From: Phycisphaerae bacterium
Lineage (GTDB): Bacteria > Planctomycetota > Phycisphaerae > UBA1845 > Fen-1342
Direction: 5' to 3'
DNA: 64,000 nucleotides
Assembly (NCBI GenBank): GCA_050115495.1
Contig: JASFQK010000005.1
Span: forward strand, 1-64,000
The notes beneath the pieces were generated by a model. That model saw nothing but the letters and a program-made list of their open reading frames with translations, did no database searches and had not been told where the DNA came from. Below, in pieces: positions 39,035 through 48,977 of the stretch. A program made the position numbers and the translations under genes. Position 1 is the stretch's first letter, and each line of letters begins with the position of its first letter.

Positions 39035-40579
39035 CTATACCGGCAGCGCAAGGCAGCCATCTGTCCGCGCAGATCGTCGCTCAGAGGTACGTGCAGCCCC
39101 CGACGGCGGCGGGCTCTCGTGTAGCTTGGGCTGTCGAGCGGAGCCGGACGGCACGCAGGCCTGCACATCGCGCTTGCCGAATGGCGGCGAAGTGTGGCAT
39201 GCTGATGCCATGGATACATCACTAGAACATTCAACAAACTCGATGGAGCGAGCAGCGTTCCACGTAGCGCTGGCCGAGAACGTCGATGCGGTCCTGGACG
39301 CGCTTGACTCGATGCGTGGCGAGGCGGAGCTTTGCGGCGAGCGCTGGGCGGCACAGTTCTTTGCCCGTGTTGCGGCCGTGTTGCGACAGTTCCGCGTGAG
39401 CTGGCCGTCCGGCCACGTCACGCACGAGGCTGCGCCTGCTACGATGGCTCGCACTCTCTCCAGACCCGGCGACGAGCACTGAGATGCAACCGCCTCGCGC
39501 TGGGCCTGGGCCAGCATCGCACCGGCGGCATCCTCGTCGCCCTGGGACACGTACGCCCACAGCCCCCGGCTCACAACCGCCACGAACAACCCGCACGGAT
39601 TACGGCGGCCGACGCGCAATGCGTGAACCGCCGCAGCGTAGAAACGCAGCCGATCAGCGGGTGTGTTCGCCAACAAGCCGGCCCGGACCACACGCCGGAA
39701 TCTACTCATCAGGCCGTCGGCGTCGCGCAGTTCCTGGAGCCGCATCGCTCGCAGGCTCGCACCTCGACCATCCCCAGACACCACGGCCCGTTTCTGGTTC
39801 TTCACGTCCGTAAGGAGTTTTCTTTTCTCTATGGAGGGTGACAATCCGGTGCTTCGCCGCACTCCGCGGGGTGGTGTTTCAGTGTCGTATGGTATGGCGT
39901 GCAGCTCGATCAATGCGCCCCAGCGGCGGCGCCAGGCGCAGTTATCCACAGAGCGTGTCACCCAACCCAGCGCGGCGAGTTCTGCGGCGGCGCGTTTCAC
40001 ACTCCGCTCGTGGAGTCCGAACGCCTCTGCGACGAACCGAATCGAGCACCGCCCTCGTGCGGAATAGGCCCCGCCCCGCTGCAGATAACAGCATCGGCAC
40101 GCCGTGCCCAGCAGGAACGCTGCCGATGCCGCGTTGCCGCGCCATGCCAGGTAACGCAGCACACGCCGTGGAACCGGCACGCGCCCGGCACGCCTCAGCC
40201 GCGCGAGCATCGGTTCCACATCGCTACCAGGCGTCTCGCAGTCGTTGACGCGCAACACGCCGTCGGCCTGGGCCAGCACGCCCACCGCCAGTAGTTCCCG
40301 CAGTACGGCGCGGATCTGCGTCGGACGCGCGCAGCCGACGAGTTGCTGAAGCTCGCCGACAATCTCCGCGGCGACGATACGATAAGGTCGATAAGTGCAA
40401 CCACGCCGTCGAAATGAACGCTCAGTCGCCTCACGACGCGCTGCAACCTCCTGCAATGCCAGAAACACACGCACCGCCAGCCACGAAAGCCCGCTGGAAC
40501 GATACGCCGTCCATACCCGACAGAACTGCTTGACCGGTAGCAGTTGGTAGCCCCCTGGGGGGCAATTCGATTCCGCCAT
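39035..40579 (-). CDS. Winged-HTH protein, putative replication initiator of the element
   Basis: GGAGG RBS; HTH 'SIRFVAEAFGLHERSVKRAAAELAALGWV'; divergent from parA; internal DnaA box. The C-terminal third may be spurious. Confidence 0.5.
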   Translation of the reverse strand: MAESNCPPGGYQLLPVKQFCRVWTAYRSSGLSWLAVRVFLALQEVAARREATERSFRRRGCTYRPYRIVAAEIVGELQQLVGCARPTQIRAVLRELLAVGVLAQADGVLRVNDCETPGSDVEPMLARLRRAGRVPVPRRVLRYLAWRGNAASAAFLLGTACRCCYLQRGGAYSARGRCSIRFVAEAFGLHERSVKRAAAELAALGWVTRSVDNCAWRRRWGALIELHAIPYDTETPPRGVRRSTGLSPSIEKRKLLTDVKNQKRAVVSGDGRGASLRAMRLQELRDADGLMSRFRRVVRAGLLANTPADRLRFYAAAVHALRVGRRNPCGLFVAVVSRGLWAYVSQGDEDAAGAMLAQAQREAVASQCSSPGLERVRAIVAGAASCVTWPDGQLTRNCRNTAATRAKNCAAQRSPQSSASPRIESSASRTASTFSASATWNAARSIEFVECSSDVSMASACHTSPPFGKRDVQACVPSGSARQPKLHESPPPSGAARTSERRSARTDGCLALPV

Positions 40580-40868
40580 AATCCTCCACGGTTATTAAGG
40601 GCTCGCAACAAGCGGAGCCGGCCGGCGCGGGAAGCCGCGCTTTGCCGGTTGACCTCAGCGGTGGATGTGATACGGTCGAATTTGATCATCGAATTGTCTC
40701 ACCATCCATCGAACCGCCAGCGTTACCGGCACGATCTGCCCTGATCGTACCGGGACGCGCCGGTCTTCCTGCTGTCCTGCCACAGGCGAGCCTGGTTTTC
40801 GAGTTTCAGCACTAGCATACGATGTGTACACGGTGGCGCAAGATGCAAAACTGCTGGCAACAACACAC

Positions 40869-40906
40869 GTATGCCGGCATGCGTGCGTTTATGCTTGCAT
40901 GCTTGC
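40869..40906. repeat. Short GCNT/ATGC-periodic repeats upstream of parA (candidate centromere/operator)
   Basis: gtat gccg gcat gcgt gcgt ttat gctt gcat gctt gc. Confidence 0.45.
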
Positions 40907-40929
40907 CCGAACTGTGGCACGTTTGCTTC

Positions 40930-41601
40930 ATGATCATCGCGTTTGTCAACCAGAAGGGAGGTGTGGGCAAAACCACGCTTGCCGTGCACTTCGCACTGTG
41001 GTGCGCCCAGCGCGGCCGGCGCGTGGCGCTCATTGATACCGATTGCCAGCAGACTGCGACGAAGTGGATACGGACCGCCGACCCCAGTATCACACTGCGG
41101 GCGCAATTCGAGGCTGACGCCGTGATCGAAGAGGCCGACCGACTGTCCGGTGCACACGACTTGGTTGTCGCCGACGGTCCAGCCAACCTAGCAGATTGTA
41201 CGCGTGCGTTGCTGCTGGTCGCCGATCGAGCAATAGTCCCGTGCGGTCCTACGCTCCCGGACCTGGAAGCGACCACCGCCACGTTACGGATCCTGGCCAA
41301 CGCCAGACGCGTGCGGAGTGACCGGCTTCCACAACCGTTGCTCGTGCTGGCCCGGCTACGCAGCCCACGATACCGGCTGAGCCGTGAGGCGCTCGCCGCC
41401 GCGCAGACACTGGCCGTCCCCGTGGCCCGCCGACCGCTACCGCTACGCGAAGCGATCGCCGACGCCCCCGGACAACGTTGCGCGGTATGGAGCCTGGGCT
41501 CAGCCGCCCGGGCTGCAGCCGACGAGATGCTGGCCCTGATGAAGGAGATTGACTGCCATGCCGAATGCCAGAAGGTCGGCGCTCGAACAACTGAGTGCTG
41601 A
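40930..41601 (+). CDS. parA: ParA-family partition ATPase (short, type Ib-like)
   Basis: [28 protein letters not shown]. Confidence 0.9.
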   Translation: MIIAFVNQKGGVGKTTLAVHFALWCAQRGRRVALIDTDCQQTATKWIRTADPSITLRAQFEADAVIEEADRLSGAHDLVVADGPANLADCTRALLLVADRAIVPCGPTLPDLEATTATLRILANARRVRSDRLPQPLLVLARLRSPRYRLSREALAAAQTLAVPVARRPLPLREAIADAPGQRCAVWSLGSAARAAADEMLALMKEIDCHAECQKVGARTTEC

Positions 41602-41905
41602 ACAACGCGAGTTCCTGAACGACGCCGACGGCCGCCGGGCGCCATCCGTAACATTGACGGCTGGCACGCAAATCCGGTCGGCCGAGGCGGCGCCGTGTCA
41701 CATCGGAGCGGCGCCGACCGTTGCCAATGTCCACGGCCAGTCGCTGCGCTCGGTTACGCTACGGCTAACGCCGGCCACCGCCGATGCCCTGCGCCGCGCA
41801 GCCGCACAGCGCGGCTTGCGCTACGAGCACCCCTTCACCCAGCAATCGATCGCCGAGGCGGCCATCCGTGCCTGGCTCGCGCGACAGGGCTACCCGCCTC
41901 AGTAA
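41558..41905 (+). CDS. Small ParA partner (ParG/ribbon-helix-helix-like)
   Basis: AAGGAG RBS; overlaps the parA end; C-terminal '[18 protein letters not shown]...[14 protein letters not shown]'. Confidence 0.65.
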   Translation: MPNARRSALEQLSAEQREFLNDADGRRAPSVTLTAGTQIRSAEAAPCHIGAAPTVANVHGQSLRSVTLRLTPATADALRRAAAQRGLRYEHPFTQQSIAEAAIRAWLARQGYPPQ

Positions 41906-41961
41906 TTCCGCACATCTGCAGTCGCAGCCTGCCGCTTGTGCATGCCCCAGCGACATTACAC

Positions 41962-41990
41962 GTCACACTCTCGCCCATAGCCCGCATAAC
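41962..41990 (+). promoter_or_regulatory. GTCAC-N18-CATAAC motif, copy 2
   Basis: gtcac actctcgcccatagcccg cataac, 60 nt upstream of ATG 42051. Confidence 0.65.
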
Positions 41991-42050
41991 ACTCTCACCA
42001 GGTTGGAGCCGCGCAGTCCCGCGCGAAAGTTTGAAAACAGGAGGTATATC

Positions 42051-42287
42051 ATGTCAAAATCCACCAAACCCCCCGTTCACGAAATCCGTTTCGGTTACGC
42101 AAAGGCCGTCATCTGGGAGAACGACACGAGCAACGGCACGCGCTACAACGTGACCGTCGCCCGGCTCTACAAAGACGATGGCGGTGAATGGAAGGAGACG
42201 TCCAGCTTCGGCCGCGACGACCTGCTCGCTTTGGCCAAGGCCCTGGACCACGCTCACACGTGGATTCACGCGCAGCGGGAAAGCTAA
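42051..42287 (+). CDS. 78-aa protein, possibly PC4/SpoVG-like nucleic-acid binder
   Basis: Strong AGGAGGT RBS; PVHEIRFG..KAVIWEN...YNVTVARLYKD..EWKETSSFGRDDLL. The fold is inferred. Confidence 0.75.
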   Translation: MSKSTKPPVHEIRFGYAKAVIWENDTSNGTRYNVTVARLYKDDGGEWKETSSFGRDDLLALAKALDHAHTWIHAQRES

Positions 42288-42384
42288 ACACCCGTCGCGT
42301 CTTGAGGTTGACTGCCCGCCGCGTCGGCGACGCAGCCGTCGAAGTTTGTCCTCGCGGGTCCGGCGCTCCACCTGGCCCACGAAT

Positions 42385-42413
42385 GTCACACTCCCAGCAC
42401 ATTCCCGCATAAC
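42385..42413 (+). promoter_or_regulatory. GTCAC-N18-CATAAC motif, copy 3
   Basis: gtcac actcccagcacattcccg cataac, upstream of the DUF932 gene. Confidence 0.65.
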
Positions 42414-42535
42414 TCTGGTAGGACAAACCATCAGCCCAGATCGGCCGGCATGGCGTTTTCGACTCATGAGAGACCGGTGGTGCAAAGCGGCCGTTGTGAA
42501 GGTTTGTCCAAACCCTATTTACGAAAGGAAACGTC

Positions 42536-43603
42536 ATGCAGAATCTTATGCGTGCAAGCAACGAGTTGTTTCGACGAACGCCTGATGAGCGATTTGGGTC
42601 GCTCATCGAACTCTGGCAGCATTGTCAGAACGAGAAGGAGCAGTCAGTCGAGCGATGGCATCCGCCGCAAGTCCTCGTCAGCCAACCAGCCGACAATCGG
42701 CTCACGCTGGCGATGGGCGAGGACGGATCCTTCGGGATGACCGACTGGAGTTTTTCGCAGTTGTGCAAGCTGGCAGACGTGAGCAAGGACACGCTCAACA
42801 AGCTAACGCCGGACACGGCCAGCCGTGTGCTTGGCGAGACACTGCCCAGCGGAACCAAGCCGTTTCAGGCCCTGACTACGGGGCAGACCGTGCGAGCGAT
42901 CCACCAGGCGAGTTACACTCGGCTCTACAACGCCGACTTGCTCACCATGGTTCGCGAGTTCGCGACGGACTTCGTTCCGCCGCAGAAAGCCGGCGACGGC
43001 AGCGTCAGCAGCGAAGCCGAAACCAACATCGATGGCGGGACCGGGCTGTATTGCGGCGAGCAGGACATGTTCTGCTTCCTGATCGATCCAACCGGCTGGA
43101 CGGAGATCGAAGGCGAGGCCTTCGCTCCGGGGTTCTTCCTGTGGAACTCCGAGGTCGGCAAGCGGTCGGTTGGCGTGCAGACGTTCTGGTTCCAGGCGGT
43201 TTGCCAGAATCACATCGTCTGGGATGCCGTCGAGGTTGTGGAATTCAGCCGCAAGCACACGGCCAACGTCCACGATTCGCTGCGCGAGATCCGCCGGCTG
43301 GTCGAGGGCCTGGTCGAGAAACGCGACCAACGCCGCGACGGGTTCGTGCGGGTCATCCGCAAGGCCATGGAGACGAAGCTCGGCGAAGACGCCGACGATG
43401 CAATGGACGTGCTCAACAAACGCGGGATCACCCGCAAGTTGGCCAAAGAGGCCGTCGAGGTTGCCCGGCAACAGGGTGGATTGACCATCTTTTCCGTTGT
43501 CGATGCCCTCACCCGTATCGCTGGGAAGCTCAAAAACGGCGGCGACCGCACGGAGGCCGACGCGAAGGCGTCTGCGCTTCTGGCCCTTGCCGCCACCGCC
43601 TGA
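42536..43603 (+). CDS. DUF932-like mobile-element protein
   Basis: RRTPDERF.SL, TDWSFSQLC, LYCGEQDMFCFL, GFFLWNSEVG, VCQNHIVW; AAAGGA RBS. Confidence 0.75.
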   Translation: MQNLMRASNELFRRTPDERFGSLIELWQHCQNEKEQSVERWHPPQVLVSQPADNRLTLAMGEDGSFGMTDWSFSQLCKLADVSKDTLNKLTPDTASRVLGETLPSGTKPFQALTTGQTVRAIHQASYTRLYNADLLTMVREFATDFVPPQKAGDGSVSSEAETNIDGGTGLYCGEQDMFCFLIDPTGWTEIEGEAFAPGFFLWNSEVGKRSVGVQTFWFQAVCQNHIVWDAVEVVEFSRKHTANVHDSLREIRRLVEGLVEKRDQRRDGFVRVIRKAMETKLGEDADDAMDVLNKRGITRKLAKEAVEVARQQGGLTIFSVVDALTRIAGKLKNGGDRTEADAKASALLALAATA

Positions 43604-43820
43604 TTCACAAGGTAGAGAAGGCCATGCACCACCGGGTCCTCTCACCATCCTCATGTGCGGAGAATCCGGGAAGAAAGTCCCAGCACAAATCGCCCGTGCC
43701 AGGCGAGTTCGGCGGTTCTCGCTTGATATTGGGTGAGCGCGCCGGTTACGATATAGCTTGCGGTCTCGCCAACGCGGTTGGGGCACGCACCTCGTTTCAA
43801 ATGGCCGGAGGACGTTCTCT

Positions 43821-46800
43821 ATGTGTTCTCTTCGTATCTTGGTCTGTGTGTGTAGCATCATCCTGGTTGGGATGGCCATCGAGGCTGCGGCTCAGGATTA
43901 CAGTTGTTCGTATGCCGGTGAGCTTGTTCTGGCGCCCGTTCACATCGAGGTTACGCAGGGAATCCAGCTTGCCGACAATACCGTCCCACTCCTAGCTAAT
44001 AGGGCCACGATGATCCGCGTCACCGTCGGCTGCGTCTGTATGCACGGCTGCCTTGCGGGCAAGGGATTTCCTTCGCAGGAAAGCAGCGGGGAGGCAGAAT
44101 GCAATATCTGCCCAACCGCTACTTGCGAGGTTACGGGAACGCTTTCTGTCTCCGAGCAGATCGGCTCTGATGCCTGGCGCGAGTATATCTCCGACACACC
44201 TCCGTTGAACGCTGATGCCACCGTCTACGTCTATCCGATCGACGACGAACATGACTATCTCAGCAACGACCCGATTTCGCCTGAAGTTTTTCCTGTCGAC
44301 GAATTCGACAATACTCTGAACTTTCTTATCCCGGCTGGGCAGCTTCGTGAAGGCCCCCAGGAGTTCACTGTGCGGTTGGAGCGGAGACAGTACTGCAGCC
44401 AAGACTACGTTTGCCCCGGAATCAACGCAGTCGAATTGACCGTTGAACCAGAGGTGCCACCGTTCCGCGTGTTCGAGAGGCGCGTTCAATGGATCGGTGC
44501 TGGGCACACCCAGAACCTTGACCACCTTGATAGTGGAGAGCGCTATCGGTTCGCTGATGCGATCATGCCAGCGCGGATTCAGCCGGTTGTGCTCAAGCGT
44601 GAGACCGAGACTCTCGGCAGCATAAGGGTGGGTTACAATACGCCAGGCGTTGACTACGACTTCTACGACGTTCGCGGGATGTCCAGCTTCCGACAGAGAC
44701 TGAAGGCAGAATCCGCCAAGCTGAAGGAATGGGGCGTCCAGCATGATGCGTACTTCGCTTGGATTACCACGGATGAGAGCATTAGTTATCGCTACCGCAG
44801 TTGGTGGGTAGCGAAGGTCAGGACATCTGCAGGAGTGTGTTTGAGAAAGCGATTCCACGACGTTGTCATTGGGTATGGACGAACATCTCAGGCTGATTAC
44901 AGCATCATCTTTGCGCACGAACTCGCTCATGGACTGTATGTTCTGTTCTGCCATCCCGGTGATTGCGATTCGGCGGACGATTGCCCCTCTGACTATTGCG
45001 ATCTTCCGGCGGATCTCGCTATCGGCTTTCCAGAAGGACACACCCTCATTCGACCAGGAATCGACGTGCGTGGTGGTCTCCCCAACCGTACCGGTCCGGG
45101 TATTCACACGCAGGGAACCTGGCAACACGTACGGCGATCGAGTCAGAAAGATTTCATGTGTGGAACATTGGATATTACTGGCGCTTTCAATACATGGGTG
45201 CATCACGAGACGTATAGCCGTTTGCTTGAACACTGTTTTCGTTCAGCTAGGAGATTGCGCACTGATCCGGTCCTTCTTATTCAGGGCTTCTTGTTCGAGG
45301 GGGAGACGACCATAGAGGATCTCGCGGCGATTCCACTGAGCGAAGGCACACCAACATCTGTCAGCCCAGATGGGGATGTTCTTCTCTTTGCCTACTCCGC
45401 TGCCACCCAACCCGAAACGCTGCTCTTTGAACGCCGTTACGAACTGGCACATTATGATACAGAGGCAACACAGTACCTGTCAGTCTTCATCGAAGCGACT
45501 TATGGCGGACTTTCGGTTGACCGCGTAGTGTTGGCTGCTCCAGACAAGGGCGTGGAGTATGGCAGCCTGTCACGATCTCCGAACGCCCCGATCATCACGT
45601 TTGACAGTATCCCACCCACAATCGACGAAGTGACGCCAATCAGCTGGACGGGGAGTGACGCCGATGGCGATTCATTGCTGTACTATCTGCGATACGAGTC
45701 TGATGCGCCGGGTGCTGCTTGTGTGCCCTTGGTGCTCGGAAGCACCATGACCAGCATCATGCTAGACCCTAACACCCTCCCGCGCAGTTCGACTGGCGGT
45801 GCGACGCTGCATCTGACTGCAACGGATGGCTTCAACGAAACAACAATCGCGGCGACTGGGTTAACGGTCGATGTTGCGCATGCCCCTAGTATCCAGATCC
45901 TCTCACCAGCCGATGGCTTTTCTATCTCACGGGGCGCGGTCTTCACGCTGGAAGCCTACACACATGATCTCGAAGACGGTGAACTTGATGACGCTAGCAT
46001 CATCTGGTCTTCCAACATCCACGGTGTGTTGGGCAGGGGGCGAACACTTCTGGAAAGCAGACTCGCCGTTGGTCACCACACGATAACCGCAACGGTACGT
46101 GACAGCGATGGCGCCACGGCGCAAGACAGCGTGAACATTGAGATCCACGCGGCTCCGCGGGCATTGGGCGACATTGACCGGGATGGCGAAGTCGATTGTG
46201 ACGATTGGTTGTACTTGAGCGATGAGGTTGATACCGGAGAGTCACGATGCCATTCGTGTGATCTCGACGGTGACTCGGTCGTTTCCACACTTGACCTTGA
46301 TGTTCTGCTCGGCTTGATGTTCGATTGTAACACGAACGGACGTCCGGATGTCTGTGACGTACAGGAAGGTGCCGGCACGGACAGCGACGCGAACGACATC
46401 CTCGACGAGTGCGAGGCTGACGCATCGACATGGTACGTCGACGACGATGCTCCGAACGATCCTGGCCCCGGTGACCCAAGCACAAGCGACCCTGACGAGG
46501 ACGGTTCCGAGTCGCACCCATTTGACTCAATCCAGGAGGCCATAGATGCTTCGGGCGACTACGACCGTGTCCTCGTTGCCGATGGCGTCTACACCGGCGA
46601 TGGCAATCGCGATATAAGCTTCCTCGGAAAACCCATCACTCTTCAATCCATCAACGGGCCGCAGGATTGCGTTGTTGATTGCCAAGGCTCAACCGAAGAA
46701 CCTCACCGAGGCTTTCGATTCCAGAACGGTGAGACGATGCTATCGATCCTGGACGGGCTCACCATCAGAAACGGATACTCAAATGGCCTTGGGGGAGGAG

Positions 46801-48107
46801 TGTCAATTGACAACAGTCATCCCACGATAAGGAACTGCATGATCAAGGAGAACTACGCGTACTCTGGTGGTGGAGGAATATCCTGCAACGGTAGTAGCCC
46901 CAGAATCTTGGATTGTGTGCTCTCGAATAACAGCTGCCGGTCGACCGCACGTGGAGGGGGATTCCTCAGCCAAGACAGCAGCCCTTTCCTGGCAAGATGC
47001 CAGATTGACAGCAACCAGGAGGGTGGTGTCTTCATCCGTGGTGGAAGTCCTTTTGTGACAGGTTGTTTCATTTGGGGAAACGGAGTGAGTTGGGAGGGTC
47101 TCACGGGTGCAGGGATTGGATGCACAGGCAGCGACACGATCATAACCGATTGTACCATTGTCGGCAATGTCTCTGAGTCCTTAAGCATTGATTCTACCGC
47201 AGGTGGACTGTGGTTTCAGCTTGATCGCTCCATAGTCAGGAACTGCGAGATTTTCGGCAACAACAATCTGTCTGGTGGCGGGCATGGAGGGGGAATCACT
47301 TGCGCTCATGGTAGCCCCAAACTGATCGAGAACTGTTCGGTCTTTGCGAACGCGGCACAATTCATCGGAGGAGGGATCTTCTGTACTTATCCATTACTGG
47401 ATCCATACTGGGGAGAATCAACACCGGTGATACGCAATTGTACCGTATATAGCAATATGGTTCTGTGTGTTCCTGGTGATTGCCCTCCTGCCGAGACTGA
47501 TGGGGCGGGAGGAGGGATTGCAGCAGCGTATGGTGCGAGTCCCAGTGTCGTGGGCTGCATTCTCTGGGGGAACTTCGCTACGCGTGGCTCACAGGTGTAT
47601 CTCGGTCGGGGACCATCGGAGTGGGGGCCGCTAGAGTCTGATGCCTTCATGACCCTGGCCTACTCGGACGTGCAAGGGGGACTGGGGGGGACGTTCAGCG
47701 ATGGCGGCAGCGTACTCACCTGGGGAGATGGCAACATTGATGCTGATCCCCTATTCCTCGATTCGGCTCAGTATGATTTTCGACTGGAAACTGGCTCACC
47801 GGCAATCGACGCAGGGGATCCGAACAGCGTGGCATTCTCATCGCGTGACCTGAGTGGCGGACCTCGCGTGCAGGGCGGTAGGGTTGACATGGGTGCATAC
47901 GAGTATCGGTTCTTCGATCTTGATGGAAACGGCGTTCTTGGTGCTACTGATCTTGCCCTTTTCGTGAGTTGCCTGAACGGCCCGGACAACTGGTTCCCAC
48001 CTTCGGGATGTGATCCTGCTGATTTCACACGATCGGACTTCGATGGTGACGGCGACGTTGATCTGCGTGATTTCGCGATGTTCCAGGTGACGTTCGGCGG
48101 TCCCTGA
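43821..48107 (+). CDS. Large secreted multidomain protein: HExxH metallopeptidase-like domain, Ig/PKD, dockerin-like, parallel beta-helix, C-terminal dockerin-like tail
   Basis: GGAGGA RBS; signal peptide; FAHELAHG; GGG-N beta-helix repeats; 'GNIDADPLF...SPAIDAG...VDMGAYE'; DFDGDGDVDLRDFAMFQ. Confidence 0.85.
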   Translation: MCSLRILVCVCSIILVGMAIEAAAQDYSCSYAGELVLAPVHIEVTQGIQLADNTVPLLANRATMIRVTVGCVCMHGCLAGKGFPSQESSGEAECNICPTATCEVTGTLSVSEQIGSDAWREYISDTPPLNADATVYVYPIDDEHDYLSNDPISPEVFPVDEFDNTLNFLIPAGQLREGPQEFTVRLERRQYCSQDYVCPGINAVELTVEPEVPPFRVFERRVQWIGAGHTQNLDHLDSGERYRFADAIMPARIQPVVLKRETETLGSIRVGYNTPGVDYDFYDVRGMSSFRQRLKAESAKLKEWGVQHDAYFAWITTDESISYRYRSWWVAKVRTSAGVCLRKRFHDVVIGYGRTSQADYSIIFAHELAHGLYVLFCHPGDCDSADDCPSDYCDLPADLAIGFPEGHTLIRPGIDVRGGLPNRTGPGIHTQGTWQHVRRSSQKDFMCGTLDITGAFNTWVHHETYSRLLEHCFRSARRLRTDPVLLIQGFLFEGETTIEDLAAIPLSEGTPTSVSPDGDVLLFAYSAATQPETLLFERRYELAHYDTEATQYLSVFIEATYGGLSVDRVVLAAPDKGVEYGSLSRSPNAPIITFDSIPPTIDEVTPISWTGSDADGDSLLYYLRYESDAPGAACVPLVLGSTMTSIMLDPNTLPRSSTGGATLHLTATDGFNETTIAATGLTVDVAHAPSIQILSPADGFSISRGAVFTLEAYTHDLEDGELDDASIIWSSNIHGVLGRGRTLLESRLAVGHHTITATVRDSDGATAQDSVNIEIHAAPRALGDIDRDGEVDCDDWLYLSDEVDTGESRCHSCDLDGDSVVSTLDLDVLLGLMFDCNTNGRPDVCDVQEGAGTDSDANDILDECEADASTWYVDDDAPNDPGPGDPSTSDPDEDGSESHPFDSIQEAIDASGDYDRVLVADGVYTGDGNRDISFLGKPITLQSINGPQDCVVDCQGSTEEPHRGFRFQNGETMLSILDGLTIRNGYSNGLGGGVSIDNSHPTIRNCMIKENYAYSGGGGISCNGSSPRILDCVLSNNSCRSTARGGGFLSQDSSPFLARCQIDSNQEGGVFIRGGSPFVTGCFIWGNGVSWEGLTGAGIGCTGSDTIITDCTIVGNVSESLSIDSTAGGLWFQLDRSIVRNCEIFGNNNLSGGGHGGGITCAHGSPKLIENCSVFANAAQFIGGGIFCTYPLLDPYWGESTPVIRNCTVYSNMVLCVPGDCPPAETDGAGGGIAAAYGASPSVVGCILWGNFATRGSQVYLGRGPSEWGPLESDAFMTLAYSDVQGGLGGTFSDGGSVLTWGDGNIDADPLFLDSAQYDFRLETGSPAIDAGDPNSVAFSSRDLSGGPRVQGGRVDMGAYEYRFFDLDGNGVLGATDLALFVSCLNGPDNWFPPSGCDPADFTRSDFDGDGDVDLRDFAMFQVTFGGP

Positions 48108-48144
48108 CGTGGCACCTGTCACGACCTCGTGACCACAGGTATTT

Positions 48145-48777
48145 TCAATCTGCAACATGCGGGAAAGCCAACTCAAACGGGCGATAGATCCGCCGCTTCA
48201 ACCGCAAGCATTCCAGAGGAACCGGCTCGAAACCAGCCTGTTTCCTCGCTCGATTCACCGCTCGATGCACGGTCAGGAGTTGTCGGCGAATGGGCGCGTA
48301 GGGTTCGTAGTGGAGCATCCGAAACTCGTTTTCCATGTGCTCAGCTGAACGCCGTGACCCGAGGTCCGTCAGGTAGATCTTGAGCCGGTTGTATGATGCC
48401 TGGGCGATGCGAACCGAGGCATGACCGTTCCGATGGCTGACGCTGTAACCACCGATCTTGAAGGGTGATCGCCGGATGTCGCGGATCATGTTGGCTTCTT
48501 CCTCGAAGAACCGGTGCTGACCGTGAGTGGCGATTAGAATGAACGTTCGGCCGTGCCTGAGGTAGTGCAGGTTTGCGAGGCCGGCTTTCTTTCGCCGGGC
48601 TCGCTCCCACTTGGAGATGTCGATGCCGTATTTCTCGATGAGCTTACGATCGACAGCCTCCGCGTCCTTGTCGAGCGGGATCCAGCCCGGCACGTAGAAC
48701 CAGTATCCGTGCGCCACGTAGGCAACGGCCAATTGCTGGATGAAACCCGGCAGCAGCACGGCTCGACAACGATACAT
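48145..48777 (-). CDS. Basic hypothetical protein
   Basis: AAGGAG RBS before ATG 48777; protein-like sequence GFIQQLA..YV.HGYWFYV, KLIEKYGI, RARRKKAGLAN, FILIATHG. Confidence 0.75.
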   Translation of the reverse strand: MYRCRAVLLPGFIQQLAVAYVAHGYWFYVPGWIPLDKDAEAVDRKLIEKYGIDISKWERARRKKAGLANLHYLRHGRTFILIATHGQHRFFEEEANMIRDIRRSPFKIGGYSVSHRNGHASVRIAQASYNRLKIYLTDLGSRRSAEHMENEFRMLHYEPYAPIRRQLLTVHRAVNRARKQAGFEPVPLECLRLKRRIYRPFELAFPHVAD

Positions 48778-48948
48778 CTCCTTTCCCATGTTTCTGATGA
48801 AAATGGTGAGGATTGTTTTCCGGCACAATCCTCAAAGCCGTTGAGCCGCATACAACCAAACGGGTGGCAACCCACGCGTCCGAGCACACGGCGGCGACGT
48901 CGTTCTCGACAGGATAGACTCCTCTCGACAACAGCCGCGCCTACGGTT

Positions 48949-48977
48949 GTTATGATGCACAATCCCGCAAGCGTGAC
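48949..48977 (-). promoter_or_regulatory. GTCAC-N18-CATAAC motif, copy 4
   Basis: Minus strand gtcac gcttgcgggattgtgcat cataac, pointing at the 48777 gene. Confidence 0.6.

Noticed and set aside
42622..43995. Long alternative-frame ORFs (457 aa plus strand, 358 aa minus strand) over the DUF932 gene, and similar shadow ORFs elsewhere
   Set aside because: Arg/Ala-rich shadows typical of high-GC DNA, overlapping better-supported genes.
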